Origin: Vicugna vicugna
Taxonomy: Eukaryota
Direction: 5' to 3'
NCBI GenBank assembly: GCA_013265495.1
Contig: MU057865.1
Span: 868,001-932,000, forward strand
DNA: 64,000 bases
A program made the translations under genes and the position numbers. Positions 22,206-34,904 of this stretch are shown here, piece after piece (positions within the stretch are counted from its first letter, which is position 1; every line of letters begins with the position of its first letter). The notes below the pieces were generated by a model, which made no database searches, was not told where the DNA came from, and saw only the letters and a program-made list of their open reading frames with translations.

Positions 22206-25200
22206 TGGTAGCCTCCTTCCTTTGATTCTACACAAGTATAATGTTTGCTAACCTCTCCTGTCTCCCTTGGTGAATATTGTAGGAAATGAGACGTTCTGCC
22301 ATGACTTAATATTACAAGGTCTATAAAGCATGCAAAGTGATGGAGAGGGTATAGGCAGGGAAAACTGCACTGCTCCCAACATTATCACTCATTTTGTTGG
22401 GCTCAAATGAGACCCGCCTTACTTTCAAAATACAAAGTCTATCTCTGTTCAATGGTTTAAAAGCAGGAACGGCTTGAAGTTGATCTTTAATGATGCTAAG
22501 AACTGTCTGGAAGAAGTGTCTTTCCTTGGGACTGGAAAGTGACCACACTGCAATGTGAGGAACTCTAGGCAGACACACAGAGCAAGATCGTCACATGTAT
22601 CTTCTTTCTCCTTCTTCTTCACCAATCCTCTGGATTGTTCAATAATCCCTTTTAGGTTGGGTTTGAAGTTTTGTGACTAGTGTCAATATGTCCCAGACTA
22701 TATAGTTTTTTTGTACCACTTTAAAGCCTCTGCAAAGAGAGAAGAGAAATAAGCTGGAGACAGGGTTAGAGAGCTATGTAGCCCTAGGGAAGGACAAAAG
22801 CTTGAGACAGGGGTGTAAGCAAGGGATAACAACAAACGTGTTTCCCAGCACCGTGAAAAATCAAAGGGCGAGTCAATAGAAGGATGGTAGAGAGAAACAC
22901 GAGTCAAGAATCAGTCAAGAAGAAGAAGCACTGGGTTTACATTAATATTATTCATGTAATAGATCTTAGCATCTTTGATGGGTCAGCTGTTAGGAAAGTT
23001 TATTGATTATTCCCCTTTTGCATCCCTGTGCTTGAGTGCTAATCTGATTTATACCTACTGTCTTGTATTTCAGGAGTACACTGTGTTCCCAGAAGATTGT
23101 TCCCAATGAGAAAAGCAAATACAGTATAATATACAATACTTACATTGCAGGTAAACTCATGTTGCCTTCCTTCAGTGTTCTAATTTAAACCACAAGAAAG
23201 TATTTCAGAGCATCATCTTCTAGCCAAGGACAGTTTTGCCCTAATTTCTAGAGTTACGGTATGGGAGAGTCATGCAGGCTGGAAACGGATATTGACAACC
23301 TGCCTGAATGATTACCGTAAATCCGAAAGAGCAACTAATCTTCAATTTCTCAACCCTCCGAATGCTAAGTGACTGAGTATTATCTCATACAAAAAGGAAG
23401 AATTCAAGAGAATAAACTTGGTTAGTTAGCAGCCGAATAGAGAGCACTTGGGGGGGGGCTTAAAAATATACATTAATTTGGTGAAAATTCCCTTTTAGTG
23501 GCATAAGCAAACTGGGTATGTTTAAAAAGGATGAAGTACACAAGACTGAAATATGACATACGAATGATGACCATAGGGACTAGGGTGACTGTTTTCCATT
23601 GCTGTGCACAAACAGCACAAAACAATGTCCCTCCCATGTGCTCCCTCATAGCATGATATACCTCCCCTCTAACGTGAACTTACTGGGTACTGAAGGAAGA
23701 TGTCTTCAAACTTTCAAGGTGGAAATAATCCCAGAGATCACCCAGGAAAACCTCATCATTTTCACACAGGAGTAAACCGAGGCCTTTGAAAAATATGGTT
23801 AATCCGGGACAATCCCGATCTCTACAATCCAGCTCACTTTTCAGAGTCCCTTCCTGTTAGGTAAGCAAATTATACGCACGTTCCTCCCTGTTTGAGTTTT
23901 GCAAGTGGGCACCCCTTAACTCTTTGTCAGCTTTATTAAGCTGGGCTGACTTCCTAGGGCTAAACATACAACCATTTTTCATTTCTTGGCAATCTGTTCT
24001 ATTAAATTTGCATATTCAAATATGCAGCATTTATGCCTGATCTCTAAAAGAAAACTCACTAAATTCCTGGTAGGATTATTCTCTCTCTTTCTCTTTGGCT
24101 AGGGACAAGGATTTGAATAAAAACTGAGAGAGAAAGCAGGAGTTAGGCACTGCTTTCATAAATGAAATTAGCAAGTTTCTACAATTTAAAGGTTCTATTT
24201 GTAATTCTAAAATCCTTTTTCCTTCCTCTTTGCTTAGCTTCAGGCATGAATAAAAGTGCTGGGAGTGGGGGGGGGAATGTTTGCTTTTCTTCCTCTTAAT
24301 GGCTAAGAGATAACTAAATGCTGAATTTACAAAATACTTTGCTGGTTTTGGATTTTATGCATAAGCACAAGATGACTATCATGGCTTGGATCTTAACGGA
24401 GTAATATCTGCAAAGTCACTTTGCTGTATATATGAAAAATCTACATTGTTTAACTTGACAATCTTCTCAAATGATATCCACAAGTATTTAGCATTAAAAA
24501 GCTCAGTTTAGAATTTGAATTGCTAATGTTGAGTTTCCAATTCAAGGTTCCACAATCCAAAACAGGCTTGAAAAGGGAAAAACAAAAAAGAGCAAGTATA
24601 ATTGAAGAGAAACAGTAACATTGGCTCCCACTTGGTTAAGTTGCTTCCAGGCAACCTATGGGCTCCTCACTCTGCGTGACTTCCAATTGCCTGACATTCT
24701 ACCATGCTCTGGGGCGGAACATTCTAAAGAAAATATTGATGTTATTGCTATCCAAGCTGAAAGATAAAACACACCCACACACACACATACACCCACACAC
24801 ACATTAAACTAAGCAAAATCCTAACATGAATTTTAAAAGGGAAGGAAATCAGTCAGCCTCTCACACAAATTCACTGTTATCATCAACTTTTGTTCCCTCA
24901 TCTTCCTCCCTTTCTTCCTTCTGCACCCCACGTTAGGAATGAAACTTCTGGGCTTATGCAGAGTTGTGTGTAAAAAATACAAGGTTTGAAAATGTTCTTT
25001 GTGTTCTACTTTTTTTTCTACTTTTTTTTTAATAGATCTTCTTTTTGTGGACATACTTCCTTCCTAGAATCCTCTTCCCTAAGAAGACGATCTTGCTTTA
25101 AGTTTATTGTTCATTTCTCTGTAAAGAAAAAAAATGTTTCCCACCTTCCCAGTTCTACAAAGATCAAGCCATTAGCCACTCAGCCACCAACCTATAGTAC

Positions 25201-25404
25201 ACCCTGGAAGAAATTCAGGATAAGGCACTCTGTGCTTTGGGAAAACAGGCAAAAAAACAAAAAAAAAAAACAAAAAAAACAAAAACAAAAAAACAGGCCC
25301 TTAAATAGTCAGATATATTTCAGGAGAAATTTGTATGAACCTGGATTCATGCATCTTCCCATAGTTAGAAAAGCACTGAAATCATTCATTGATATCTGAT
25401 CCTC

Positions 25405-25632
25405 GTGAGTAGCAGTGGCCTTTCACAGAGATGTGTGCTTGACTGCATGCATCCCTTCGCCAAAATCACATATATACTGGCCTGCCCACCTACCACTTTG
25501 GATCAGTTCCTTAGAGCCATCAGACGCTCCCTCCCAGGCTGCAGTACTCCGGACACCGAATAAAACTCAACTCACAGCTTTTGCATAGTGCATTTTTGTT
25601 TGTTTGTTTTGTTTTATTTTCCCCAGTCAGCA
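25405..25632 (+). mobile_element. ERV LTR 3' portion (R/U5-like)
   Basis: TATA-like 'catatatact', AATAAA at ~25559, T-rich U5 ending '...cagtcagca'. Confidence 0.5.
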
Positions 25633-26077
25633 TCTCTGAGAGTAATCATATCACTTTTCGGTCTTTAGTTATCATCACCAAATTTCTTATTTAAAAATCA
25701 CTCAAGGAATTCTTTAGCTAATTGCGATGGAAACGGAAAAACACTCATCAATAATTAGTCAATTGTTCCTAAATTTAAAGCCATTTGAAAAATGATCAAT
25801 AGCAGACTTATATGACAGAGAAAAGGTCACAAAGGAACCTTGCATTGTGTTCCTTTATCTGTATTAAAGGAATAAAAAGTAAAATCTTGACTCTCATAAA
25901 AATATAAGTGTGTGTCAAAGATTTTATTCAATTCATTAATTAATGAGGATATCAGTAAGATATTAAAGCTAGTTCAAAGGAACACCTGAATACCAACCCT
26001 ATAGCTATGTGCACTCAAGAATGTGTGAAGAATTTCCGAATAGATGTAAAACTGCTTAATGTCTTCTCTAAGGGAAG

Positions 26078-26550
26078 TGACAAAGACTGTCTTCTTAACC
26101 AAACCTTGATCAGTCTCCTCTAAGTCCTCTTTGCACTTACAGTTCAACATCCGGCTTCTGTGTCTATAGTTGCTGGACCTCTGTCACCAAATTTTAGCAA
26201 GAATCCTGCTGAGTAAGCTCAGAGGAGATATCTGATCACCCTCAGTATGTGGTCAAGTTCATCATCTCCTACCCTTGGCATCTGGTCACTCTGGATGGCT
26301 TTCACCAAGAATCCTACCAAGGAGTTTTAGCCAGAATCCCCTCTTCCCCCTGAGGTTTCCTCTGAGGGCTTTTCGTCAACTGACACTTGCTGCCCCTCCC
26401 GCCTCCCCGCATTTGTTCATGCTGTTAGAAACTGAACTTACCTTTTACCACATTCTCTATTCTTCTATTGCAGTCATTCCTTAAGAAAATATGTTTTTTT
26501 TTTATTTTTTTGCCTCTTTAACTATTGTCCAGTGCTGGTTTTCTTTAACA
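26078..26550 (+). mobile_element. MER31-like ERV1 solo LTR
   Basis: TG...CA termini (tgacaaagactg...ttctttaaca); MER31-type 'ttttagcaagaatcctgct...gatatctgatcaccctc'; 4-bp TSD GAAG at 26074-26077 and 26551-26554. Confidence 0.85.
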
Positions 26551-26771
26551 GAAGTGAAAATCAATTGTCTCTCTATTGGACAAAATCCATCAAATTTTTC
26601 AGGAGAAAATTGATTTGCATCCATAACAGTTCTGTACAATTTGCAAAATAATAAAATTTGTCAAAGATGATGAAAGCGGAAGACCCCACAGATTCAGATA
26701 ACCCTGAAAGGTCTACTAGACTATTTTCAGAATTCCATTAAAATAAATAAATAAAATAAAATAATGAAATA

Positions 26772-26910
26772 GGATGAGTGTATGGCTCAGGGGTAGAGCG
26801 TGTGCTCAGCATGCATGAGGTCCTGGGTTCAATCCCCAGTACCTCCATTAAAAATTAATAAATAAGTAAATAAATAAACCTAATTACCCTTCCCCCCAAA
26901 AGAAAAACAA
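26772..26910 (+). mobile_element. tRNA-Ala-derived SINE (camelid vic-1-like)
   Basis: Head closely resembles tRNA-Ala(AGC) with A box 'tggctcaggggtag' and B box 'ggttcaatcc', followed by AT-rich tail, C-rich motif and A-rich end. Confidence 0.88.
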
Positions 26911-27743
26911 GGATAAAATGCTGGGCTTTAAAAATGATAGCAACAAAATATAAAGACAAATAATACAAGCTCTTTTTATCAGAATAAGACATTTCCCTCC
27001 CTTAATTCTTCCACTCTACCTCCAGATCGCCTTTCCAGAAACAATTTTTTTCTGATATTTACAAATGTCCATATTTTTTCATGTACAGACAGCTAACTTC
27101 TGATTAATCAATTTTGAATATTTTCTATTAACTTAAAATTCTGGTAAATGAAGATATAGCTCTCTTTTTCACTGTTTCCCTTCTGCAGACCCTCCCCTCC
27201 TTCCAATCTACATTTTGCAATTTTTTGGTAAGTCCAAATTCAGTGTCTATGTTATACCTATGTGTGATGTTGGACTACCACTGTTTGCTTTGCCTGTAGT
27301 ATAGTAAATAAATGTCCTATCTGTTGCTAAAATACATACATACATACATACTTGAAATAAAAGGATACCCAGTAATCATCATGTCCATGTCAATATCTTT
27401 CTCAGCTTTTCCTTACATCAGATACTGGAACATCTGCCATAGTAAAACTTGGTAGCTGTGTTTCCTCTTGACTTCCATTCAGTAATTGTTTCCTTCAAAG
27501 GCTAATTTGTTTCCTTTACCCCACTGGCCACTCTTTCTAAATCTATCTGAGGGATTGTCCCTGAAATAAGGTTGGTTGAAATTAATCACATACTTTGTGT
27601 AAAGGCAGAAGCGTAGCACACATTGGTAACCATTTAAGGTTCACTTCTTCCTGAATGCTCTCAGGATTTATATATATAAACATAACACTTAGTAAAACAG
27701 AAACCAGAAAAATCACAATTATTGACAGAAAATAATTACTACC

Positions 27744-27850
27744 TGTGGTAGGAAGAATAATCTCTACCAAAGATGTCCATACTCTAACCCTCAGAGTTTG
27801 TAAATATGTTACTTACATGGAAATTAAGGTCACAGATATAATCACATGTT
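27744..27850 (+). mobile_element. MLT1 LTR 5' fragment
   Basis: 'tgtggtaggaagaataat...caaagatgtccatactctaaccctcagagtttgtaaatatgttac' resembles the MLT1 LTR start. Confidence 0.65.
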
Positions 27851-28128
27851 GCTTTTAGAGCTTTATTTTCTAGAATATTCAATTTTATTTTGTTTGAATG
27901 CAACAGACTTTAGACTGGTGGCTTTCTTCATAGTTGACCAGCTAAATTGACTTGTTTTAATGACCAATCTAATTTAGTAATATAATTCATGAGTTAAGGT
28001 GTTAATTTGATTAATAAAGCAAATGGAGTCTTGGATGTTAATCAAATTCTCCACTTTTTTATACGAGGTTTGTAGGACCACAAAGTAGACAATTCAATTA
28101 GATTTATTTTATCACATAGGTTGTAGAG

Positions 28129-28314
28129 CAGGGATCTGCAAACTTTTTTTCTGTAAAGGACCAGATAGTAAATATTTTTATCTTTACAGGTCATATGGTC
28201 TCTGTTGCAAGTACTCAAATCTGTCATTGTAACACGATAGCATCCATAAGGCAATGTGTAAACAAATGTTCGTGTTTGGATTTGGCCCATAGGAGGTAGT
28301 TCGCTGATCCGCGT
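28129..28314 (+). mobile_element. MER58-like hAT-Charlie MITE
   Basis: 'cagggatctgcaaacttttttctgtaaaggaccagatagtaaatattt...ggatttggcccataggaggtagttcgctgatcc'. Confidence 0.85.
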
Positions 28315-29899
28315 GCTAGGATCACTGCAATATGCAGTGTTAACTGCAATGGGGAATGAAAAACTTACAAATGCAGTCCCCATATATTCTCACTTACAAG
28401 TCAGTATGATGCAAAATGTTTATGGGGTGAATAGGCATTGACTCTGATACTGGAAATATTCTGTAAAATCTTGTATCTTGCCACCCTATTTACCATTTAT
28501 TTCCTCTGTCCTTTATGAATTTATACTTTAGTTGGGATGAGAGGATAGAACTAAATTAAATAAAACTGAAAGGTCAAAGGAATGATGTGAATGACAGGCT
28601 TCATAGATATTCAAGACAAGGGAAGGTCATTTGAAGTGAATGGATCAAGAGAAGATGAAATGGGAACCATATTCTGAACTGGTCATGAAGGGTCGACAAC
28701 TGGACTGGAGAGTAGGTATTTTAGAGAGACTCCTGGCATGTCTGAGTTAATCTCTTCTTATAGTACCCTTCTTACAGGTAAGTAAACAAATGTGTATTTT
28801 TTTGTTGCTATTGTTATTAGGAATAAAATGATTATGGAAGAGAGGAATCCAATGGAGCTAGAATTGAGTGTATCGCAAGGTTGATGCTACTCGTATAAAA
28901 CATGAATTTGATTCTCATTTTTGATTCTCAATCTGATGATTCTATGTAGTCATGGCTCAAATGGGGCACTGAGTTTCTAGAATTTCTATCATTTTCTTTA
29001 GCAGTAAGATCCTAAGAAGAAATCAGCGTAACTCTCTCTGATCTAGTTTGCAAACTTCTTTATTTGAGGTTTCTTGAGTTTATTCTTAGAGTGTTTTCAA
29101 AGCATATGAACATAAAAAATCATATTCTTTCAATTCACCTACTCATATTTTATGTTTTATCCTATCGTCAATTCATAATTCCCCTAGGTTTTTATTGACG
29201 GAGTTTTTGCTCACCTTGCTTACCTCTTCCAGTGAAGAAAACAGCTTACTGCCTGAGTGAAGAAGCACAGACCAGAGACACAGGGAAATGATGCCATGAG
29301 GAGCAGATGAGCTTTTTCCTTTGGTTAACTGCCCTTAATTTGTAGTGCTTTTTTAGGGCTTGAAAAAACCCACAGATATTTTCTCTTGTGCCAAGTATTC
29401 AGAACCAATACGTTAGTCATGATATTCAGAACCACGCCTCTGCATCCGAAACAGGAGCAGTCAGGAGGAAGAAATTCTGCAGCATCCATTGTGGCTCTTC
29501 CAGTTTCATCCCAGACGTGAGAATAGAGGGGCTCAATATTTTGTGCATCTTTCTTTACCTGTCCTGATGCAGTGTTCTTAGTATAATACTTCTCCTCTTC
29601 CTTCTGCTTATCCTGTTTCTTCTTATGTGTACTACCACCATGACCACCACAATCATCTTTAACAGTCATTGAATCCTGCAGTGTGTTAGGAACCTGGGGG
29701 TGAAAAATGCCCTCACACTTGGTCTTTTCCTCTCTTTAACGATTATACACCACGGTGGGAGAGAGATCATATGAAAAAAAAAAGATCCATTGCAAAACAA
29801 GGTTACTAAACAAAGTCAAATGCATATGAAAATCAATCCCTCAGAAGGCAAATGGCTCACTGAGCACTGTAGGCACTGGGGCTGTTTTATGCTCCCTTT

Positions 29900-30212
29900 C
29901 TTTTAACTCTGTGCCATCCTTTGAACTAGCACATCATTTCTTCTCATGCCATCCGTCTGAAGCCCCTCTCAGAACACTTTTTCTTACTTCCATCTCCTGT
30001 CTATGTTAGGTACTCCTTTTATGTGGTCCTTAAAGCACAGTGGGCAGAACTCCGTCAGTATACTTATTATTTCTAAATGCTTGTTTATTTGTTTTACCAA
30101 ATAAATAGTAATCTTCTTGAAGACAGAAATGGCAATTCATGCATCGGTCTATCCTTAGTACAGTGCCTCAGACTAGAAACTACGAAATAAAGAATTATTG
30201 AGTGAATGAATG
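29900..30212 (+). mobile_element. L2 LINE 3' fragment
   Basis: Ends 'tagtacagtgcctcagactag...aataaagaattattgagtgaatgaatg'. Confidence 0.55.
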
Positions 30213-30349
30213 CTTCTGGATGAAGGGGAACTTTCTTTAAGTTGTGGCTCCATAAAGAAAGATGAACAATACATATTAAGCAAGAAACTTATACATAGAG
30301 AGGAGGGGAGCTCTGTCTTCCAGACAGGGAAAAATGACTCTATGTTGGA

Positions 30350-30590
30350 AAAAGTAATATAGGGTAATGATTAAAAGCTTGTATTCTGAAATCAGTTAAG
30401 CTTATATTTCAGCTGACACTTACTAGGTACATGCAGTTCTTTTATAAATTACTCAGACCTCTAAATTTCTAAATAATCTGTACACTGAGGACAATATATC
30501 AACCTCCCAGGTATTTGTGAGGGTTAGATTTAACTGTGCTTTTAAAGTGTTTAATAAAGCATATAGTGAAAAAAAGTCATGGCCTCAATA
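30350..30590 (+). mobile_element. MIR SINE
   Basis: 'cagctgacacttactagg...caacctcccaggtatttgtgagggttaga...aaagtgtttaataaagcat'. Confidence 0.55.
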
Positions 30591-31944
30591 ACTAAATCAA
30601 AACTGAAGTCACGTGGTATGTCATTGCCATGCTCACATCCACTTTTGGCTGACTGCGTATTTCTATCCCTTACGTTACTACTGCAGCTTACAACTGAATA
30701 GGGGCCTTTTAAACACAACTTTAAGAATGGCAACTGATTCTCGCCCTTTCTAAAATGTCTAGACCACCAAACCAAGAAGCTCCATACAAAACACAGATTT
30801 CTAAAGTGCACACACCAGAGCCACTGCTCCAAGTGGCACCAGGACAACAGAATTCCCCTTTACAGTGATTAGAAAATAAAGCATGAATATCTTATATTTA
30901 AATTTCTGCCAATTTCAAAGAGCAGAGCCAAATGATGAGAGACTTGACGGGTGTCTGGCCTAAACCAGAAGGATGAAGGAAAAAGAGCCAAAATGCACTG
31001 TGATCATGCCAATTGGTTCCTTTGATGCTAGGAGGGGCATAGTGATGGGTGCCAGGGCACATGGGACCTTGTTATGTGTTCCCTGCATGTGAAAAAATGA
31101 GAGCTTTAGGCCTCTAAGCAGCTGTGCTCTCCCAGCTTGAAGTCAAAGATGGTGCTTGATAAAAATTCAGTTGTGCTCTATGTCTGAAGGAGAGGTGGAC
31201 TAAGTGAGCCAAGGTTTCAGGCCGTCACATGCAGTAAACAGGTGTGTCTTCTTCACTTTTGAAAAGAGTTCTCAAACATGGAACAAGCATTTACAAAATG
31301 CATATGCTCCACCTTAAAATTACTTAAAGCATAATACAGGGATCACTAGAAGTCAAGGGACAGAGAACTTGGAGAGTAAAATGTCTCCCAAATTGGTATA
31401 AAGGGGGCAGAGAACAAAATGTGAAGCAGTTTGCTCTCAGCAAAGGCAAACAGCAATGTTCTACCTTGTCTCAGCACAAGGATCGTCAGTAGAACATGTG
31501 GCCTCTTTAATGTATACAGAACAATGCCCTGCTAATGTGTATTTCAGAGACAAGTGCCTAGAAGCTTAGATCAGGGAATGATGAGAAGAGTTCTGAGGAA
31601 GGATTCATGGAACAAGACCCTATGGATGGAGAAGATGGAGTAGAGGAATCAAGAATTCTGTAAACACAGGAGAACTTGAGAGAAAGGAGCAAATACAGTA
31701 TTTGTATCCGGGATTGACTAAAAGCTGGAGAAAGCTGCTGGGAGCCTTAGAATTTTGGTTGGTGTTCTTGGATACTTGCCTGGCATCAATGTTCCCTGAG
31801 GTTCCACCTGCTTTTTATGGTGACCAAGGACTCCATTTGGAAATCACAGCTTCTTTCTTCTGAGTTTGTTCCCTGGGATTAGCATTCTTAATGCATCACT
31901 TGACCCTCATTGTCTCTTTCTTTAGTCAATGGGGTATAGGGAGA

Positions 31945-32250
31945 AACCTGGAGTATGGAACATGGTCCCTGGTTTGAGTCCTGACTGCCACGTGTGAGGT
32001 GATTTTCCTCAATTTCCCTTTCCTCATCTATAAAATTAAAGTGAGGATAACAAAAACATAATCAAAATACTAGATCCAACTCTGTCATTTAGAACTCAGA
32101 AGAACCCAAGCAGGTTAATTTTCTCCGTATTTAAGTTTTCTCACTTATAACTTGGTAATGATAATATTGCCTAGTTTATCTTCAGAATTGACTATGATGA
32201 TTAAATGAGGTGATCCAAATAAACATACGTGGGAAATTATAGCATATTAT
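31945..32250 (+). mobile_element. Two adjacent MIR fragments
   Basis: 'cctggtttgagtcctgactgccac...tttcctcatctataaaat' and 'agttttctcacttataacttggtaatgataat'. Confidence 0.6.
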
Positions 32251-34227
32251 ATAAGTTTATTCATCCACTCAGCTCATTATGGAATTGCAGTACACCTTCA
32301 TATCTTCTATTGTTTTGTTTCTTTTTTAAAAGATGGGCTAGGCCCATTACCCATTCCATTTCTTATACACGTGTCAAATCTCAGCTCAGTGAGCATCCCC
32401 TCCTTGAAGGCTTCCAGAGTAGCCCAGAGCCCAGTTCTGTCTCTTAGACGGATACTTACTTGAGCCCATGTTACCAATTATTATACCTTATCAGTCCTCT
32501 TCTGTTAAATCTTTTATAATGATGTACCTCCTCTATCTCTTATAAAAACTGATCTTTCTGTCCTTACATTCACCTGGGTGTGGCAGTCACTGGATCCTTT
32601 CTCTAGTGACTAAGTGGCAGCCAAGGGAACGCCCTAAGCCTGCAAGGAGGTTCTCTGTGAGGTCAGGGAAGAGAACTTAAGTCACGAGGAGACAGTCCTT
32701 CCGCTGGCAACGTACAGTCATGCTTCCCAGCTCCTCCTTTGCCCAGGTAGACTAGCTCATACTGACTCGAGATGGAATATAGGGGGACTCAGATTATTTT
32801 AAAAGACCCACATTGTTTATACTCTTTTTACTCTACTGATACGTTGATGTTGGTAAAATTTCACCTCAGTTTGCCATCCATTCTCCTACTCTTGTGGTTT
32901 TTTTTTTTCCTAGTAACAGATTTAATGCCACACTTGCTGCTACTGAGCAGCCTATACAAAAGCCTGTTCCTTTTGGAGGCAATTAAATTTGGTATCAGTA
33001 GCTAGAAGTAACTCCTCTTGTTTAGAACATGTAAGAAGCCTTAGCAATATACATAATTTATTTTCAAATAGTTCTTTAGATATGTGGGGGAGTGAGCAAG
33101 AGCGTACATACTGATATCGCAAGATGTTAAAAACGGGCAGGTTCAGGTAATGATTATATAAGTGCTCATTATATCGTTCTTTTAATTTCTTTGTAGAATT
33201 GGGAGTGTTCAAAATAAGGAGGGTAAAGGCAGGGAAGTAGCCTTGGGACTAGAATGACCCACTAGGTACCAGGACTTCCTTAAGTGATTGGCAAATGAGA
33301 CACTAGCTCTGGACAACACTCAGGGATATGTGTGTGATAACATTTGTACGTATGGGTGGCAGGGACCTCACCTCCTGCCATTTGCTGATCTCTCACAATT
33401 CCAATTGCAGTGTTGGTGATGTGTATTCTGAAACGACAATAAAATTGATTTCTGATGAATGGCGTTTTTGGCAAATTCAACAATACGTGTGTGACCAGTT
33501 CTGTTAATACAGCAAGATTTAATTTTTTTTTTACCTTCCCAAATTCTGACTCTCAGTTTCCCTAATTTCTATAATCATTTTTTTTCTTGCCAAATATGAC
33601 AACATAAAGCTATCACAACTAAACTGTGGGAAAGGGGGTTCTCCTCCTAAGACCGTATCATAAGCTATTATCATTTTAATGAAAGAAGTAAATGAATTAG
33701 CTTTATTTGACCCAAAGAACTTAAAGTGGTATTGAAGAGAGTTGAATGTGAGGCACTGAGGGGATGGGTTTGAATATAAATTGAAATTTACTAACATCAT
33801 GAAAGGAATAATGTTGGCAGTCTTCCAAAATATTTATTCAAAGCAGGTTGGATATTAATGGGTATATAAATTTATGTACACTTTACAGTTCACATTTTAT
33901 GAAGTGTTCTTTGAAGTAATTATCAGTCCAACACCATACTCTGGCTAATAATATTTAATAACAATAATAATGCTTTGTGCTTGCACCAAAGATCACAATG
34001 AGTTATCAAGCAACTCATTAAACTACAACATCCTGGCTGCATGGAAATATGACCTGATTTTGCAAGTGGAGAAACTGAGATCCAAAGGTTTAATGAAGAA
34101 CATTCTCAAAAATCATTCAAATCCCAAGGACAAACAATTGATATCTGATGACAGGTGTCCCTCCCTTGCAGCAAGTATAAAATTTAAAATAAATTGGAGG
34201 CAAGTACCCATTGTGTCAATTAATGTA

Positions 34228-34448
34228 CAGCTGTCCCTTTAACATCGTGAGTTTGAACTGCTGTGGGTGCACATTATGTGGATTTTTTAAACTAAATATA
34301 TGCTATATAATACTACACGATCTGTAGTTGGCTGAGTCCATAGAGGTGGGACCACATACATAGAGGGATAACTGTAAAGTTATACATGGTGTTTCAACTC
34401 CATGGAGGCTCAGCATCCCTCACCCCATTGTTGTCCAAGGGTCAACTA
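34228..34448. mobile_element. MER8/Tigger2-type TcMar MITE
   Basis: Degenerate TIRs 'cagctgtccctttaaca' / 'tgtccaagggtcaacta' flanked by TA dinucleotides; ~220 bp. Confidence 0.85.
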
Positions 34449-34904
34449 TAATATATTTTATATCTAAATATTCTGATACATTAGAAATGAATATTGATGA
34501 CTTAACCCATCTTTGAGGTAAAAATCAGTTTTACTGGCACACAGGGCCATTGTTTACAGTAGGTCTGGACCGCAGCAATACATCTCTCATAGCTTTATGG
34601 AGAAAGTCTCTGAATATAAGGTTTTCCAGTTTAACTGGCCCTATTCTAATTATGGTTAATGGTGGTCAAAGAAAGGACAGCAGGACCTCAGTAATTTATA
34701 CTATATCAAACACTGAATATACATAACCTCTTTCTCTTTTTCTCTCTGTCTCTCTTTATCTCTCTCTCTCCCTCTGAGATTTGCAGTATTTCACTTTGAT
34801 CCTCATGATTTTCCTACCTTTGAAGCACAGAGTTTTTATTTATCCATGATGATCATGTAAATTAAATATTCACTTCCCTCCCCTTTCCTCAGTGCATGTA
34901 TATG

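Noticed and set aside
26775..26847. Functional tRNA-Ala gene
   Set aside because: The anticodon-loop U33 is replaced by C, the D-loop and acceptor stem are altered, there is no oligo-T terminator, and a SINE tail follows.
28764..28783. Perfect donor CAG|GTAAGT (and AAG|GTAAGT at ~52241) as exon evidence
   Set aside because: No convincing matching acceptor or reading frame; one or two such 9-mers are plausible by chance in this length of AT-rich DNA.
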